Positions 21,911 through 34,341 of a DNA stretch of 48,894 bases are shown one piece after another. Under the pieces are notes generated by a model. That model was not told where the DNA came from. It saw only the letters and a program-made list of their open reading frames with translations, and ran no database searches. Both the position numbers and the translations under genes were made by a program. Every line of letters begins with the position of its first letter. The stretch's first letter is position 1. This stretch comes from Octopus bimaculoides (taxonomy: Eukaryota). The stretch spans positions 52,881,073 through 52,929,966 of the forward strand of contig NC_068990.1 of the NCBI RefSeq assembly GCF_001194135.2, given 5' to 3'.

Positions 21911-24900
21911 CTAATGTCACAAAACTGAATGTCACTTACTTTAAAAACATTTAAAGCATAGATTTAGTTTTCAACAAAATGGAACGTGTCCTTTCCATTT
22001 TATAGAAATTAATGGAGTATCTGAAATTTCTTTGTCACATCTATGATTCTAAAATGTTGATCATGTTTGAAATTTCTTTGCAATTTTTAGAGTCATAATT
22101 ATACTTTTAATTGAACTCCCTAGATTTTGTTTTTTAATATTCATGTTGAACCAATAGGTCACAGGTTCAAACTATGTTTAGAGCCAATTATTTTGACTTT
22201 CAGCAAGGTACACATTATTTTGCCTATCTCAGCACCAATCATTTGAAAATGCCCCACCCCACTTTTGTAGGTTAATAGCTGAAGATCAGTTGTTGAAATA
22301 TCAGAACACTTGCTGTTTCAATTCATGAATAAATGAAAAAAAAAATGAATCCTTTATGAGGACTATTAGCTAGGAACATCAAAGAAGTGTATTTGAAAAA
22401 GAAGTGTATTTTGTAACTTTTCTATTTATTTATTTTTTAAAGAAAATGTCAGAATTGAATCAAATAGGTTGAATAAATATATTGAACTGAAAATATGTCT
22501 GAGTCAGAAGAAAATGTGTTATCATCTATGAGACTAGTTTAGTTTCTTAGTTGAAATGTTTTTATGCATTTTGCCAAAATTGTTTCAGTAAGTTATGAAT
22601 GTCATAGTTTTCCATTTCTCCTCTGATATATCTGACTCTTGATTATGTTTGTTAAATAAATACCATGCATGTACACCCAGCCCAGGTAAGTTATGTAACT
22701 TTTATAAATGGGAGATTCTATATTGCATATTAAGTGACCTACATCAAGCTGTGTGTCGTCAGCTATTCTGATGATTAATTACATTTTTGTTGTTATTGTT
22801 GCTGCTACCTGGCATTAAACTTAGTTGAAACAGAGCATGTGTCTTGCATATTATTTTTATGCATTAATTAAAAGCTCTTCACTTAAAACAGGTATCACAG
22901 TTTTCTGTCAAGAAGACATGTAGGCTAAAAGAGGTATACTGAACAGTTCAGTGTCACAAAACACATGATCTAGCTTAATGTATGCAGCCCAAAATAAAGT
23001 TTTTCTTCCTTTTTCCAAGGTGATCTAATTGAAATATTAGTTACTAAATATTATATTTAATGTATTTTTAATAAAATTTAATCACTACATTATTTTCATT
23101 GAGTACTGTTTAGTGAACTCTAATAAAATCTGTTCTATTTCTATTTAAATGGTAACAATATCCTTTAGAAACTATTTTTTAATCCCTAGCAGGTTTATGT
23201 TTACATAAGCAGGTACTGCAGAAATAAAAAGATGAACAATTATTTGGTTTGTCTAGAAATAACTGTTGAGTACTTTTCTTGCAGTTGTTTTCTTTTTGTA
23301 ATAGATGCCGAGCTTCACATCCTTTCAAACTAGAAACCCAATTCCCTCCAAATTTTTTTTTTATTTTAATGAATACAGTTTTCATACAAGCCTTAGATAC
23401 TATTTTCAGGTTTTCACTACATTTACTGGGATCTGTACTTAAAGCTGGTTATAGCAACTAGCTGAGTAAATATACTGTTTATCTTTGTACAGTTCCTTCC
23501 TTTAGTAGAACTTCCCTTTAACTGTTTTTTTTTTTTAATGGAATTACTCTTGAATAGAGCTTTTAGAAATGGATTTATTTGATCTTCTGCTTAGAATCTT
23601 TGCTTAATCTACTGTGCTGTACTCCTAGCAGCAACAAAGTCCTGGTTTCTTTAATCAGTCAACTATAAAGCTCCTTACTGTTGAATTCAAGCTGTCACTG
23701 TTTACTCCAATATTCATCTCCTTGCGTCATTTGATTTTACTTCTCAGGTTTTTTATTCAGATCCACTCTTCTAGGCTTTGGCTGCAATTTTCAACATATA
23801 TTATTGAGAATCTGGTTACCACTCTTTGTGATTGCCCTAAGAATAGGAAAAATAGGATATTTGATTGATACTCACATGTCTGCTAGATCCATCTCCGTTA
23901 ATTTTCTCCTAATTTTTACTACCTTACCCATCTTCTGAAAGTACTCTCTTCTCCACTGTCTCTGTTACACATGCACATACACATAGTCATTTTTGCCTTA
24001 GATGTGTGTACACACTTTAAATGGGAGATTAATCATCAGAAAATTGTAATGTTAATGATAATTGTGAACATAGACCTTAGTTAAAAATTTAAGGGAGTGG
24101 GGTCAAGTTAATTAAACTGATATCAGTAATTGACTGGTACTTTATTTTATTGATCCAAAAAGGTAAAAAACCAAGTTGACCTCAAATTTGATCTCAGAAT
24201 ACAAAGAGCTGGAATGATTCTGCCAATATAAAATTCTAACAATTCTACCATTTGCTGTCAATCTTCCCTCAAAAATTTAATAAATTTCAAATCTTCTTTG
24301 TCGTCTTTCTTTCTCTCATTCTCTCCTTAGTGTACTTTTCTCTATCAGTGAGTGTTATTATACTCAGTTACACTACAGATACTCACTATTATACTTCATC
24401 TATTTACTGTCACCCCTCTCTTACATACACATTTCATACTTGTTTAAATTCACCATTCCAAATTTGTAAATGTTCATGTAATTAGTGGCATTTTAACTTA
24501 AAGAGTTTTAAATAAAATCAATAATTAAAATTCTTAGCTGACTATTTGATAAATTATTTTGTCCGTTAAATAAACATTTTACTTAGTTTTACTTCCTGCT
24601 TTCCTTATCCAACCAAATACTCCTTGAACATATCTTACACTTAAATATCTAAATTAACTGAATTTTACCCACCATTGTATGAAATGAAGAAGACGTTTTA
24701 CTTACATAAAAAAGAGTATCTGCTTTGATTAATGAAGACTACCAACTACTTATAATTTATCCCTCATCACCACTCTCCCTTCACTACTTACATTAATTCA
24801 GTGATTCTCAATTGGTCTCCTAATTATTAGTGGAATTCCCCACTTCATCCTCTTTATTAATGAGAAAACAAAATACAGTCAACATCCATATAAATTCTTC

Positions 24901-25966
24901 ATTTTTTACCAGAAATGTTAAGCAAGTTTAAAATTCTGTTTTAATTTTATTAAACATGGTGATTTGTCCGCCCAGCCTCTCTCTGCAGAGACTCCCCCCC
25001 CCCCCCAATCACCTTTAATGAGAAATACTAGATTAGTTGGATCTCCAAATCCTGATAGATGCAAAGATTATTCTACAAATGAATTTTTTTTTTAATGCTA
25101 GCTCTTTATGAAGCTATTTGGTGTGAAGATGTGCTGCCTGTGAATGGTCCATTGTCAGATGTTTTCTCTCTCGTCTTTATATAAATCTTCAACTAGAAAC
25201 CTCTCTAACCAGTTTTGATGCTATATTTTTGTTCTCAACAAATGTTATTTTTAACTGTTCTTGTTAAGAACTTCATTCAAAACTGCAATCTTTCATAATG
25301 GCCACTCAGTTCAGTTTTGAGGTTGCAATGTTAAAAAACAAAAGAAGTTATTTACAGAAATCTTCAATCACTTTCATGCCAAGTTTGTATTGGTAGCTGC
25401 TGTTTGGAGTTCAAAAAGAGACTGATTAAAGGAAGGTGGCGTACAGATGTCAAGTATTATGTAATATATTTGCATTTCATTAGATTTATAAAACTCCTAG
25501 AGATTGTTTAGTGGCAATTTTGTAAAAAAAAAAAAAAAAAAAAAAATGCTATGTGGTTGAAGATTCAATCTTTGTAAAAAACCTTGTAGTCATTCAGTAC
25601 ACAAGGTGTGTTTGATAAGCTATGAACTAGTTTGTATTTCCTACAAAAAGGTTTATTATACAGCTCAGCTGCTTTTACAAAAAACGTATTTGTATTAATT
25701 TAAGCATGAATGATGATAATAAATTACTGTTTGTACTGAACATATTCAGTAGAATTGCATACTCAGGCAGTTGGAAATTTTAGTTTTTGCTCCTATATCT
25801 AAGAATTTTGGAAAATATTAATAATAATATAAAAAAAAGAGTTTATTCAAAATATAATGTCTTTCCTGGTTTTATCTTGTCTGTGAACCTCTATACTCTC
25901 AAGTCTTGTCTTCACAATTTCTTTCAGTCTATTTCTCTCAGTTTTGTTTTCTACTAGAATACACCA

Positions 25967-28082
25967 GGGTCTAGGACAGTTGCGTACTGGACATTTGTGT
26001 CCCAGACAACTGCATACCAGATAATTGTATCCCTGGACATTTACATCCCTAGAAAAATGTGTCCTCGGACAGTTGTGTTCCTGTATTATTTTGAAATTTT
26101 AACTATCTTTTTTCTGGTGTATTTTTTTATTTGTTTGGAACAGTTGTTTATCAAAGCTAATTGTAAAAAAAAAGAAGAGAGTAGGCAATAATAAATATTT
26201 AAAAAAGAAATAAAAGTGTTTAAAATTTATAAGTTTATTTTTGTTTAAAAAACAAAAACAGATTAACAAAATATTTCAAGGTGTAAAAATTATTGTAGTT
26301 TCACAAATAAATCAAAAGGTGTGAATGTTGTTGAGCTATTCCTTTCAAGAAATTTATCTTGTTTTCAGGAGTATACTTATCTAATAATGCCATGATTCTC
26401 TTAGTTGCATTTTAATTTTTTTTGCCATACTAGAATTTCTCTTTGAAAGTCTCTCTTTTTTTTCTTAATGACAATAACCTCCTCCTTTTTCAGTGTCTCA
26501 ATCAATTTCCAAATAGAGGGGTGTTGACATGATAATGAATATTGCAAAGCATTGTGTAATCTCTCTAAGCTGTTATAATATTTAGGCAACTGATTTATAA
26601 CTCTTTCTTGAATATTCCAAGACTTGATAGGGAAAATTGGTTTCATTCTTATCCTTCTCTGGTCTCTTGCTTGGCCAATGTATGTCATTTCAAAATAGGT
26701 GGTAAATTCTGGAGGCAAATCACTGTTGTCAGACAAGACGATAAAACCGTCGACAATGTCATTTAAAGGAAGAAATGATAATGCAGAAAAATATCTAATT
26801 TTCAAATTGAATACTTTAGCTTCTCTATACCATTGTCTTAATCCTAGGTCACAGATTTTCTTTAAAATAGACTTAGATAAATGAAAAAAACATGAACTTA
26901 TTGTTACATCTAGTAACTTTTTTACAAAACCTTTCTGAGCTCCTATTTCAAAGTCTATCAACAAAGATTTTGGATTAAGTTGTGGTTTGAGTTGCAACAA
27001 ATACGTGAATAGATGAACATGTGTTTCCCTTGTCTTACCTGGAAGAAAGGCAAAAATTCTGGGAATACTAAATATACCTTTTTGGATACGGATACAATAT
27101 AGCAAAATATTGATGGACTGACTTTAAAGGTACCATCTGCTGGCCAGTTAGGAAAATTTATCAAGTCATCTTCCATTGCAAATATTAGTATTCTATTCTT
27201 GTCATTGATACCAGAATCAAATGCAAGAAACTTTTCTCCAGTTGCAAGAAAGCAGAAGGATTCCAGTATCTCAAAGCTATTCCTTTGCTGTGGTGGTGTG
27301 TTTTGTGCTTTTTGTCTCCATTGATGTACATTTCTTCCCATTGATGATAAAGAGGGCATGTGGTAATTGAAAACTGATTTTCATTAGCAATTGTAGCTCC
27401 AATAAGACTTCTTGCTGGTTCGCATACTGAAACTGAAGTAGTTTTTAACTCAGACATAACTTCTTGTGCTCTAACTTTAGCAGCTGAGGATCCATGGTTA
27501 TATTCAGTACATCGTATTGTGACTGAGTCATTCACTGTATGTATTCTTGCTTTGCAAGGTTGCTCTACACATCTCCAGTATGTTTTTGTTTCATTGGCAT
27601 TTTTCTTCTGATAGTGGTGCCTGTAATTTTCTTCATCAACAAATATCTTTCCACCAGTGTTAGATTTTCTAAACATAGCTGTAGGTTTTAAATAGAAGTT
27701 TGAATTATAAAATCCAGAATGTATTAGACGTTTACAGTTTGCACTGCTTGAGTTAACTAAAATTGTTAGCTTAAATTCCTTTTGCTTTAAAAAAGAAGAA
27801 TATACCTTTTGTGTACAGTTATGATTAATGAGCTATAATGAGCAACTGTTGGAAAGTATACTCCTGAAAAAAATAAGTGTATTAAAAAAAGTAAATGTGT
27901 AAAACATCTTTTTTATGATAAAAAAATTATCAGAGGTACGCATCTGTTCAGGGATGCAAATGTCCAGGAGCACAATTATCAAGGGACGCAAATGTCCAGG
28001 GGCACAATTGTCTAGGGTCACAAATGTCCAGGGATGAAATTGTCTGGTACATAGTTGTCTGAAACGCAACTGTCCATCCACC
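25967..28082 (-). mobile_element. Mutator-like (MULE) DNA transposon with a frameshifted transposase
   Basis: Perfect 9-bp TSD aatacacca (25958-25966 and 28083-28091); both ends carry ggacagttgcgt followed by subrepeat arrays; ORFs 27185-27676 (YWRC..PCKARIHT, FLYWCH/WRKY-like), 26958-27359 (ADGTFK) and 26401-27105 (IDFE, CFFHL). Confidence 0.95.
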
Positions 28083-28569
28083 AATACACCATTACAGCTG
28101 ATTAAACTTTTATAGATATCAGTCAATAATTTGGAGGCCCTGATGCATTTTTGAATGAGTTGTGGTCATCTCTGTCACATAGTACATGACACTAACAAGA
28201 GTCTATTTCTCTGCTAGTCATTGAAGAAAACCACATAACTAAGTCTGCTGCTAATTACTGTCACAAGCACTACCAATCATATTAACCTGCCAACCATTCC
28301 AGTTTGTTGAGACTACTTTTACGTTACAAGGACATTGAATCACTAGTAGAAAAGCCAATCATTCAACTAAGTCATGGATATTCCAGTTCAGATCTAAAGA
28401 AAGTGATTTATAAGTTAATATTTTTATGCCAACTGCCACTGTCATACTACTGCTACTACTGCTGTTGTTGTTGTTGTTCCCTCATCAGTCAAAGGGTGCC
28501 AGATAGGAAATGAATATGTGGTCATGTGTGTGAAGACAATTGGCTATTTTTAAGATTATTATTATTATT

Positions 28570-28782
28570 AGCGCACTGGCAGAATTGTTAGCATGCTGGA
28601 CAAAATGCTTTGTGACATTTTGTCTGTATTTACACACTGAGTTCAAATTCTGCCAACTTTGCCTTTTGTCCTTTCTGGGTCAATGAAATAAGTTCTAGTC
28701 AAGCATTGTGGTTGGTATAATTGACTAGCACCCTCCATCAAAAATTTCAGCCCTTGTGTCTATAGTAGAAAGGATTATTATT
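28570..28782 (+). mobile_element. tRNA-headed SINE with (ATT)n tail, inserted in (ATT)n
   Basis: A box tggcagaattgttagc and B box gagttcaaattc; ends ...tagtagaaaggattattatt. Confidence 0.8.
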
Positions 28783-28929
28783 GTAGGTTCATGACCCACT
28801 CAATTGCTCTGACATAAAAGGGCTCAGAAAGGATCTGGCACAATGACTCTTGGAAGATTTATCTGATGCATTATTTTCATATCAAAGGCTTATTTATGTG
28901 TGCCTCAATTGTATAATATCGCAATAAAA

Positions 28930-29098
28930 TGTAAGCTAGAACCAGTTTTAAACTGTAACTTGGAGCCAGTTATAAAATGTAAATTGGAGCCAGTTCTAAA
29001 ACATAGGTTAGAGCCTGTTCTAAAATGTAAGCTTAGAACCAGTTGCAAAACATAACTTAGAGCCAGTTCTAAAGTGTAGTTTAGAGCCAGTTCTAATA
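28930..29098. repeat. 24-bp minisatellite, ~7 copies
   Basis: Consensus tgtaacttagagccagttctaaaa repeated head to tail without spacers. Confidence 0.9.
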
Positions 29099-31000
29099 CA
29101 AATGTCTGTGAAACTATATTTCAATACACAGTTGGAATGAAAAGAATGACATGAAAACCGTATCTTCCCATATGCTGTTGCCTCTAGGCCTAAGGCTGAA
29201 CACCTTAAGAGTAAACTCTGCATGTGTGTTCTCTGAAAGAGGAATGTTTTTCATTTTGAGTTAAAATTACAAATAAACTAGTGGATACAGGAGAAGGAGG
29301 AGTGGTGCTAGTCTCCTATTCAATCAGCTCCTCTCCCCACCCCTATTGCAATGTAATAGATATTAACATTGACAAGTCTGTAATATTCTGCTGCCTCTGC
29401 ATCACATTACTAACTTGGATGTTCATAGCTTGTCAAGCTCCATGCAGGTAGAAATAAAATTAAAATGAAATAAGCTTTTCAAGAGAACATTGACTAAAAG
29501 GCTTTAAAATGTATTTGTGGAGGAGGAGTTGTAAAGCTGTGTGTATATGTGTGAATGTACATACATACAGAAATAATACATCATACATATATGTATATGT
29601 AAGTGGTAAAGCCACAAAGGTGTGTGTATACATACATATGTATGTATGCATATGGAGAAATTGTAAAGCCACGACTGTTTAGTTGTGTGAGTACATATGC
29701 AGATATTATTGGAAAATGGTTTGCAATTGCATTTAAGCCATTTATCCATCAAACTTGTAGCTGCCCGTGGGTAGGAGGTGGGCAAAAAAAACCTGTAAAA
29801 TACAATATGCTAATTATTTAAATAACATATTCGAATCATTGTTGTCATTGTTTAACCCATTTCTCAACATATTTTTATTGGAATCCACTGTCCTTGTTTC
29901 TGTTTATTTTGAAAATGAAGAAAAAATTTTGTAAAATAATCTTGTCATTAAGCTGGTGTTTGGAACAAACCAACATGAAATTTTGGCAGCAGATCTTAAT
30001 ATAGACCATTTTAAAACAGAGTTTGTATTATAGAATCAAGGGTGGTCTTAGGTGGGTTGGTATCCTATTTAATCCATGTCAGTATGGGTTAGTGGGTTAG
30101 ATAAGATTCAACAAGTCAGAATGTTGAGCCCCAATCAACATCTTCTTTGACTGAGTTTTCTAAGGCTGGATGGCTTTCCTAATGGCAGCCACTTTACAGA
30201 GTGTATTGAGTGTTTTTCTTTTATGTGGTTTTATCTCTAGCTAGGCTTCCAAGTAACTTGCAAAACAAGACCCCCCCCCCCCCACGACTGAGTGGAAGTG
30301 TAATATTCAGGAAGGTGGCTTTATGTCAGGTGTAGAGAGGCTAAAGTATGGTAGACAAACAGGAACAGATCTTCTTCTGTAGAGGTTACTGTAGAGGTTA
30401 CAGCTGAAAAGAAAGAAAAAATTGTGTTGATGAGGTGTGAGGTGGGTATGCTCAAGATAAATATGAGAAAGAGTAGGGAAAGAAAATTGGGAAAGGCAGG
30501 TAGGTGACAGATGGTTAGAGACAGACAGATAGAGGTGAAGGCAATAAATAGTGAACTTGGGTGGGCCTTGGTGAATGGTGAATATCAATGTGTGAGGGTA
30601 AGGTAAAAGAAATGAGAGAGTAGGTGGTAGGTGGCAATATATAAACAAAAGTGGGAAGGTGGAGAGCAGAAGGATAATAAAATTGTAGATGGATAAGAAA
30701 AAAAAGGGAGATGATGTGATGTGTATAGGAGCAAGAGAGAATTTCTTTGGTAAAAATTTACCTTTTCAGTTTATGGGATTTACTTGTTTACTTAATAATG
30801 ACTCAATTGATGCATAATAAGTATTACTGGTTAACGGAATGTCTGTGCAGAAAAAATATTGAAAGGAACCTACAAAAATAACCTTGAAAATGAGTTTGGG
30901 TGGCAAAATTTTGAACTCTTTAGTTAAGAGATGTAACTGTGCCTGAACAATCTTTATCAATACTCGATTTAAGAACAAATGTAAACACGCACACATATTA

Positions 31001-31155
31001 GGTGCAAGAATGACTGTGCGGTTGAGAAGTTTGCTTCCCAACCACACGGTCCCATGTTCAGTCCTTCTGCACAGTATCTTGTGCAAGTGTTTTCTGCTTT
31101 TTGCCTAGGTCAACCACAAACTTGTGACTGAATTTGGTAGATGGAAACTGCAGTG
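31001..31155 (+). mobile_element. Degenerate tRNA-headed SINE 5' part (same family as 45574-45948; other partial copies at ~37800-37925 on - and ~43655-43790 on +)
   Basis: Shares ...ccaaccaca.gg..c...gttcagtcc...gcaagtg..ttct...gcct.gg.c.acca.a..cttgtga.tg.atttggtaga.ggaaactg. Confidence 0.65.
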
Positions 31156-31347
31156 TTGTTCATCAGAAAATGACTCAAAAACATGTTTATAAAGAAGACT
31201 TGTTCCCATCATATGCCACGTGTGAGGATTCTGCCCATAATAAAGAAATAAGTAATAATACAATGTGGCTGTATGTCATAAAACACTGGCAATGCTGGGA
31301 TGCATTGCTACTATATATATATAAAATATATATATATATATACACAC

Positions 31348-31382
<35 letters not shown>

Positions 31383-31795
31383 CGTTTGTGTGCGTGTTAT
31401 TACATATATATGTATATATGTAAAACTGACATTGTGTGTGTCTGTACACATGCATCACTAAGACTTCAGGACTAACAAACAGATTTCATTCAGATCATGC
31501 ATATGCCTAACACATGCAGTCTCAGGAGCCAAAAAAATTTTCAACTTCTAACCTAATGCAAGCCCAGAGTAATCTCTTATTGCTTACACTATTTCAGTGT
31601 AAACAATAATTACGTGTTAAAAGTGAAACAGTAAATTCTCAATTGTACTGTGAGATAATACTTTCAGTTTAATACTTCCAATATTAGTACTGTAACTATT
31701 ATCTCACATATATATATGCATACACATGCACATGTGCGTCTGTATATCTATATATGTATATATATACTTATACATATGTATATGTGTATATATAC

Positions 31796-31829
<34 letters not shown>

Positions 31830-31850
31830 GTATAAGTATATATATATATA

Positions 31851-32827
31851 TCATCATCATCATCGTTTAACGTCCGCTTTCCATGCTAGCATGGGTTGGA
31901 CGATTTGATTGAGGACTGGTGAAACCAGATGGCAACACCAGCCACCAATCTGATTTGGCAGAGTTTCTACAGCTGGATGCCCTTCCTAACGCCAACCATT
32001 CAGAGAGTATAGTGGGTGCTTTTACGTGTCACCAGCACGAAGGCCAGTCAGGCGGTACTAGCAACGGCCACGCTCAAAATGGTGTATTTTACGTGCCACC
32101 GGCACAGGAGCCAGTCCAGCGGTACTGGCAACGATCTTGCTCGAATGTCTTTTCATGTGCCAGGAAGGCGACGTTGGTAACGATCACTCTCAAATGGTGC
32201 TCTTAGTGCTCCACTGGTACAGGTGCCATCATGATTTCGCTTTCGCTTACCCCAACAGATCTTCGCAAGCCAAGTTTAGTATTCAATGAAAGAGATGTTG
32301 GCATGGGTGCCAGTCTACAAATTTAGTTTGATTTCGATTTCATTTGCCTCAACAGGTCTTCGCAAGCGGAGATTAGTGTCCAATGAAGGAATGTTACGTG
32401 TTAGTGGGCTGGCTACATCCCTGGCAGAGGCCTTGGATTTTGGTCTCACTTGGATTGCCATGCACAGCATATTTCCAAAGGTCTCGGTCAGAAGTCATTG
32501 CCTCAGTGAGGCCTAACGTTCAGAGGTCGTGCTTCATCACCTCATCCAGGTCTTCCTGGGCCTGCCTCTTCCATGGGTTCCCTCAACTGCTAGGGTGTAG
32601 CACTTTTTCACACAGCTATCCTCATCCATTCTTGCCACATGTCCATACCAGTGCAATCGTCTCTCTTGCATACCACAACTGATGCTTCTTAGGTTCAACT
32701 TTTGTCTCAAGATACTTGCACTCTGTCAGGTATGCACACTGACATTACTCATCCATCAGAGCATTCCTTGCGATCTTACGCATGTCCTCAGCAGTCACGG
32801 CCCATGTTTCACTGCCATGTAGCATGG
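31851..32827 (-). mobile_element. 5'-truncated RTE LINE (ORF end, 3' UTR, (GAT)n tail)
   Basis: Reverse complement alignable to 4111-5105. Confidence 0.9.
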
Positions 32828-32915
32828 CTGTTGGCAGATGCTCAGGAACAATAAACACTGAAAATGTGCAGAAAGCAACCTTTGCCACATTCCAAGGAGA
32901 AAAACTAGAAGATAG
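32826..32915 (+). mobile_element. Inverted upstream RTE segment joined to the 5' end of the preceding copy
   Basis: tgttggcagatgctcagg...ggagaaaaactagaag matches 3853-3945 in the opposite orientation to the adjacent copy. Confidence 0.85.
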
Positions 32916-32932
32916 ATATATGTGTGTGTGTG

Positions 32933-32964
<32 letters not shown>

Positions 32965-33370
32965 NNNNNNNNNNNNNNNNNNNNNNNNNNNNNNNNNNNN
33001 NNNNNNNNNNNNNNNNNNNNNNNNNNNNNNNNNNNNNNNNNNNNNNNNNNNNNNNNNNNNNNNNNNNNNNNNNNNNNNNNNNNNNNNNNNNNNNNNNNNN
33101 NNNNNNNNNNNNNNNNNNNNNNNNNNNNNNNNNNNNNNNNNNNNNNNNNNNNNNNNNNNNNNNNNNNNNNNNNNNNNNNNNNNNNNNNNNNNNNNNNNNN
33201 NNNNNNNNNNNNNNNNNNNNNNNNNNNNNNNNNNNNNNNNNNNNNNNNNNNNNNNNNNNNNNNNNNNNNNNNNNNNNNNNNNNNNNNNNNNNNNNNNNNN
33301 NNNNNNNNNNNNNNNNNNNNNNNNNNNNNATTTCTCCACGTGCGGTTAACACAACCCCACTATTTACTGA

Positions 33371-33414
<44 letters not shown>

Positions 33415-33600
33415 TTGATTGCGAGTAAATACTTGTGACTTAGCTGGAGTTTTCTATTGCTTTTCCTCATTAAAATATTACATAATGAAATCGATTCATT
33501 CTTTTTGAATAGCCCTGTATATGTAACATGCACACACACACACATATATATAATATATACATATATATATAATATATGTATATATAATATATATCTATAT

Positions 33601-33925
33601 TTAAGGAAAGGAGCATTCTGTCAGTTCGGATGACGACGGTCCCAGCTGATTCGATCAACAGAATAGTTTGCTCATGAAATTAAATTGCAAGTGGCTGAGC
33701 ACTCCACAGACTTGTGTACTCTTAACAGGGAGATTCAATGTAACACAGAGTGTGACAAGGCTGGTCCTTTGAAATAAAGGTACTAGTCATTTTTGCCAGG
33801 TGAGTGGCCTGGAGCAACGTGAAATAAAGTGTCTTGCTCAAGGACACATTGTGTCGCCGGGAATTGAACTCACAACCTTACTATTGAGAGCTGAATGTCC
33901 TATCCACTAAGCCATGCACCTTCAC
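33601..33925 (-). mobile_element. tRNA-headed SINE, tandem copy 1
   Basis: Minus-strand head gtgaaggtgcatggcttagtgg...gtgagttcaattccc, core tgtgtccttgagcaagacac; 3' part shared with the 8988-9369 family. Confidence 0.85.
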
Positions 33926-33978
33926 ATATATCGATATATATGTAATATGTATATACATATGTATAATATATAGCTATA

Positions 33979-34313
33979 TTTAAAGAAAAGAGCACTCCGT
34001 ACGTTATAATGACAATGGTCCCAGCTGATACGATCAACAGAACAGTTTGCTCATGAAATTAGCATGCAAGTGGCTGAGCACTCCACAGACACATATAACC
34101 TTAAGGTAGTTCTGAGGAAGATTCGGCATAATACAGAGTCTGACAAGGCTGGCCCTTTGAAATAAAGGTACTACTCATTTTTGCCGGCTGAATGGACTAG
34201 AGTAACGTGAAATAAAGTGTCTTGCTCAAGGACACAACATGTCGCCTGGAATTGAACTCACAACCTTACTATCATTAGCCGAATGCCCTAGCCACTAAGC
34301 CACGCGCCTTCAC
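33979..34313 (-). mobile_element. tRNA-headed SINE, tandem copy 2
   Basis: Same structure as 33601-33925, with the same flanking cacatatatcgatatata. Confidence 0.85.
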
Positions 34314-34341
34314 ATATATCGATATATATATATATAATATA

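Noticed and set aside
22681-22691. Possible 5-nt microexon cccag|GTAAGT downstream of a TGCATG motif
   Set aside because: The longer upstream exon option has stops in all frames, and a 5-nt exon cannot be supported without RNA data
25130-25330. Possible ancient mariner fragment on - (VED..R.GRP-like)
   Set aside because: Needs several assumed indels; too weak to call
28930-29098. Regular repeat array considered as a CRISPR array
   Set aside because: Contiguous units with no unique spacers, no cas genes, eukaryotic context
29429-29447. Possible small exon after a TACTAAC branch-point match at ~29408
   Set aside because: Poor pyrimidine tract and weak donor (GTAGAA); coordinates approximate
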